Shown here: one piece after another, positions 18,010-20,000 of the stretch
Layout of the letters: the number at the start of each line of letters is the position of its first letter
How positions within the stretch are numbered: the first letter of the stretch is position 1
Source of the DNA: an uncultured virus (IMG/VR IMGVR_UViG_3300034072_002247)
Lineage: Duplodnaviria; Heunggongvirae; Uroviricota; Caudoviricetes
Length of the DNA: 20,000 nucleotides
Virus record (IMG/VR): IMGVR_UViG_3300034072_002247
Strand: one strand, 5' to 3'
The notes under the pieces: model-generated
The model's database searches: none
The model's input: the letters and a program-made list of their open reading frames with translations, nothing else
What the model was told of the DNA's origin: nothing
Made by a program: the position numbers and the translations under genes

Positions 18010-18981
18010 TTGTTAGAAGTCACTGATTTAAAATTTAATATCTTTTTAAGAGATCATCTAAAAAATGATGTTTTTTTAGAAGTTTTTTATTTCGATAAAA
18101 AATTAAAAATAGATCTTGGGCCTAGTAAAGATCTTAAAGAACAAAAAGATTTTTCTGTTATAATTTATAAAGAAAACAATGAAATAGGAAACTTTAAAAT
18201 TAAATATTTAAGTTATCCATTTTTATTTTCAGTTTATGATTATTATGATTATAAAAAATTTGATTTTAAAAGATTAAAAAAAGAATTAATTGATTTCATT
18301 AATTACTTTCCAATATTTTTATCAGATAGCTTAATTCATAGTTTTAATATTATTTACAAAAATTTCTCAAATTATACTTTAAGTTCTGACTTTAATATTA
18401 AAGGTTTGAACTATGAAATATTTCCTCAAGTTAAAATCCATGACTCTTCAAATTATTTAGAGCCAGCCAATAATAGTAAAAAAAATATATCAGAAAGAAA
18501 AATAAATTATATTTTTAGAGATCAAATTTTAACTACTTTAAGCATAAGCGATTTACTAAACTTCTATAAAGTTGATAAGTTCTATATAAATTCAGTTCTT
18601 AGCTTTTTAAAATCTTTTGAATTTACTCCTTTTTTAACTGAAAATAAATTAGGATTCTTTTTGTTCATTCCTGAAATAAGTTTTGTTTACTTTTTATATT
18701 TTGATAATAAAATTAAAAAATATAAAGTTTTAAATAATAATTCCCAAATCTTTACAGAATTTATTTTAGGTCTAAATTTTGATAATAATTATCATTTTGA
18801 AAATGAATTAAAAAATTGTATAAAAATAAATTTAAAAAATAATGAAGAAAACTTAAAATTTTTTATTCAATCCTGTATTAAAAATCTTTATTTAAGTCCT
18901 ATTTTAAAAGAAATATTATCCTATAATGAATATACAGAATTAGAATATAAAATTTCTTTAACAAAAATTATAAATTATTAA
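18010..18981 (+). CDS. Hypothetical protein, C-terminal-Tyr tag group
   Basis: 323 aa with TTG start. Ends ELEYKISLTKIINY. Confidence 0.8.
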   Translation: MLEVTDLKFNIFLRDHLKNDVFLEVFYFDKKLKIDLGPSKDLKEQKDFSVIIYKENNEIGNFKIKYLSYPFLFSVYDYYDYKKFDFKRLKKELIDFINYFPIFLSDSLIHSFNIIYKNFSNYTLSSDFNIKGLNYEIFPQVKIHDSSNYLEPANNSKKNISERKINYIFRDQILTTLSISDLLNFYKVDKFYINSVLSFLKSFEFTPFLTENKLGFFLFIPEISFVYFLYFDNKIKKYKVLNNNSQIFTEFILGLNFDNNYHFENELKNCIKINLKNNEENLKFFIQSCIKNLYLSPILKEILSYNEYTELEYKISLTKIINY

Positions 18982-18993
18982 CAAGGATTATAA

Positions 18994-19578
18994 ATGATTA
19001 AAATATTAGGTTATCAAGATAAATGTTCAAATCAAGATATAATTGTAAATACAACTACTAGAAGTACTGGATTTGGAAGAAACCTTTCTCCTATGCTTTT
19101 AGGTCCTATAGAAACTCCTTTTGGAACTTCTAAAAATTTTGAAAATTTTTGGCAATTTTCTAAAGTTTATCCTATTCATTTAGATAATGGAACTTTTGAT
19201 GGTAATATATTGAGTTCTTATTTTGAATGGAGAAATAAAGGATTTAATTATAAATTTGCACATAGATATCCTATGGGAAAAGGCGCTATTCCTTTGTTTA
19301 GTCTATTAGGAGAAAAAAAACTAAGTTATATAGATGCAAGAAAAGAAATTTATTTAAAATATTATAAAGAAAATATTATTAAAACTCATGCTTATCAAGA
19401 ATTATTAAATAAATATAAAGAATCAATAGAAAAAAATGTTGATCTAGTGTTAATTGATTTCGATGCTTATGATCATAGAAATCTTGGATATGATTATAAT
19501 AATGTTATTAATGATCCACGAAGAAAAATGGGCCACGCTTTTGTTCTTGGAATGTTGTTAGATGGTTTTTTAAAATAA
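18994..19578 (+). CDS. DUF6939-like / NADAR-like protein
   Basis: Motifs LSPMLLGP, ENFWQFSKVY, LSYIDARKEIY, LVLIDFD and MGHAFVL, recognised from memory of a conserved phage/bacterial family. AAGGA SD. Confidence 0.6.
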   Translation: MIKILGYQDKCSNQDIIVNTTTRSTGFGRNLSPMLLGPIETPFGTSKNFENFWQFSKVYPIHLDNGTFDGNILSSYFEWRNKGFNYKFAHRYPMGKGAIPLFSLLGEKKLSYIDARKEIYLKYYKENIIKTHAYQELLNKYKESIEKNVDLVLIDFDAYDHRNLGYDYNNVINDPRRKMGHAFVLGMLLDGFLK

Positions 19579-19579
19579 C

Positions 19580-19608
19580 TTGATTTATAATTGAATTTTT
19601 GATATTAT
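19580..19608 (+). promoter_or_regulatory. Sigma70-type promoter for leader ORF and MSRSYK gene
   Basis: TTGATT-17-TATTAT with extended TG. Confidence 0.6.
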
Positions 19609-19627
19609 AGCAAAAAAGAGGTGAATT

Positions 19628-19666
19628 ATGAAAAAGATGCAGGAGTTTGTTACTACTCGATTATGA
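19628..19666 (+). CDS. Putative 12-aa leader peptide MKKMQEFVTTRL
   Basis: Strong SD GAGGTG (19618-23) 4 nt before ATG. Stop TGA followed by C. Confidence 0.5.
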   Translation: MKKMQEFVTTRL

Positions 19667-19685
19667 CCTTAAAAGGAGATTAATA

Positions 19686-20000
19686 ATGAGTAGAAGTTAT
19701 AAACATATAAATAAAGATTGTTCTAAAAATAACTATGCAAAACATATTTATTTTAGTTGGTATTACAAAAATCCGTATTATTATGATGTAGAGAGCATAT
19801 CTGATAGTAATCAAAGTTTTAATGCTTTGTATCATTTTGATTGGTATTCCAGTAGCGCACCTAAAAGTTTTAGAAAAGAACTTAATAGGTCTAAAAAGAG
19901 CAAAGATAAACAAGAAATTATCAGAAGATTAAAAAATAATACTTTTGATGATATGCCTAAATTTAAATGGTTCAATGATGCAAATTACTTGTATTGGTAA
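19686..20000 (+). CDS. Small basic aromatic-rich protein (MSRSYK... type)
   Basis: AGGAG SD at 19674-78 before ATG19686. Motifs SSAPKSFRKELNR and DANYLYW. Confidence 0.75.
   Translation: MSRSYKHINKDCSKNNYAKHIYFSWYYKNPYYYDVESISDSNQSFNALYHFDWYSSSAPKSFRKELNRSKKSKDKQEIIRRLKNNTFDDMPKFKWFNDANYLYW

Noticed and set aside
19640..19670. Canonical prfB-type +1 frameshift site
   Set aside because: The codon is TTA rather than CTT, the internal AGGAG is 15 nt away instead of about 3, and the downstream gene has its own SD and ATG. Kept only as a leader-ORF hypothesis.
13200..19913. ORFs 13200..13448(-), 16784..16984(+) and 19680..19913(-)
   Set aside because: Antisense shadows of supported genes.
1..20000. 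Alternative genetic code (stop recoding)
   Set aside because: Code 11 gives dense full-length ORFs, and TAA, TGA and TAG all occur at plausible gene ends.
1..20000. CRISPR array, tRNA, rRNA or IS element
   Set aside because: No spaced direct repeats, cloverleafs, transposase motifs or terminal inverted repeats seen.

Overview
Very AT-rich (about 20-25% GC by eye), gene-dense window read with standard code 11 and sigma70-type promoters. It has no housekeeping, rRNA/tRNA, CRISPR, transposase or virion hallmark genes. It looks like an accessory region of a large extrachromosomal element (megaplasmid or jumbo phage); this is inferred and the host is unknown. Recognisable genes: a 5'-truncated Ter-stress protein with a C-terminal TerD domain, an HExxH zincin-like protein, a 1182-aa secreted Ig-like adhesin with 3 x 531-bp repeats, a pilin-like protein, an acidic possible DNA mimic, a lipoprotein with a degenerate Excalibur domain, an ImmA/IrrE-like protein lacking HExxH, a DUF6939/NADAR-like protein and an 'MSRSYK' basic protein. 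Main observations: (1) nine + strand orphan genes, mostly unalignable by eye, share a C-terminal acidic/hydrophobic helix, eight ending in Tyr, a possible sorting or docking tag; (2) a promoter- and terminator-bounded ~135-nt candidate structured ncRNA at ~15946-16082; (3) a 12-codon leader ORF ending TGA-C in front of the MSRSYK gene.
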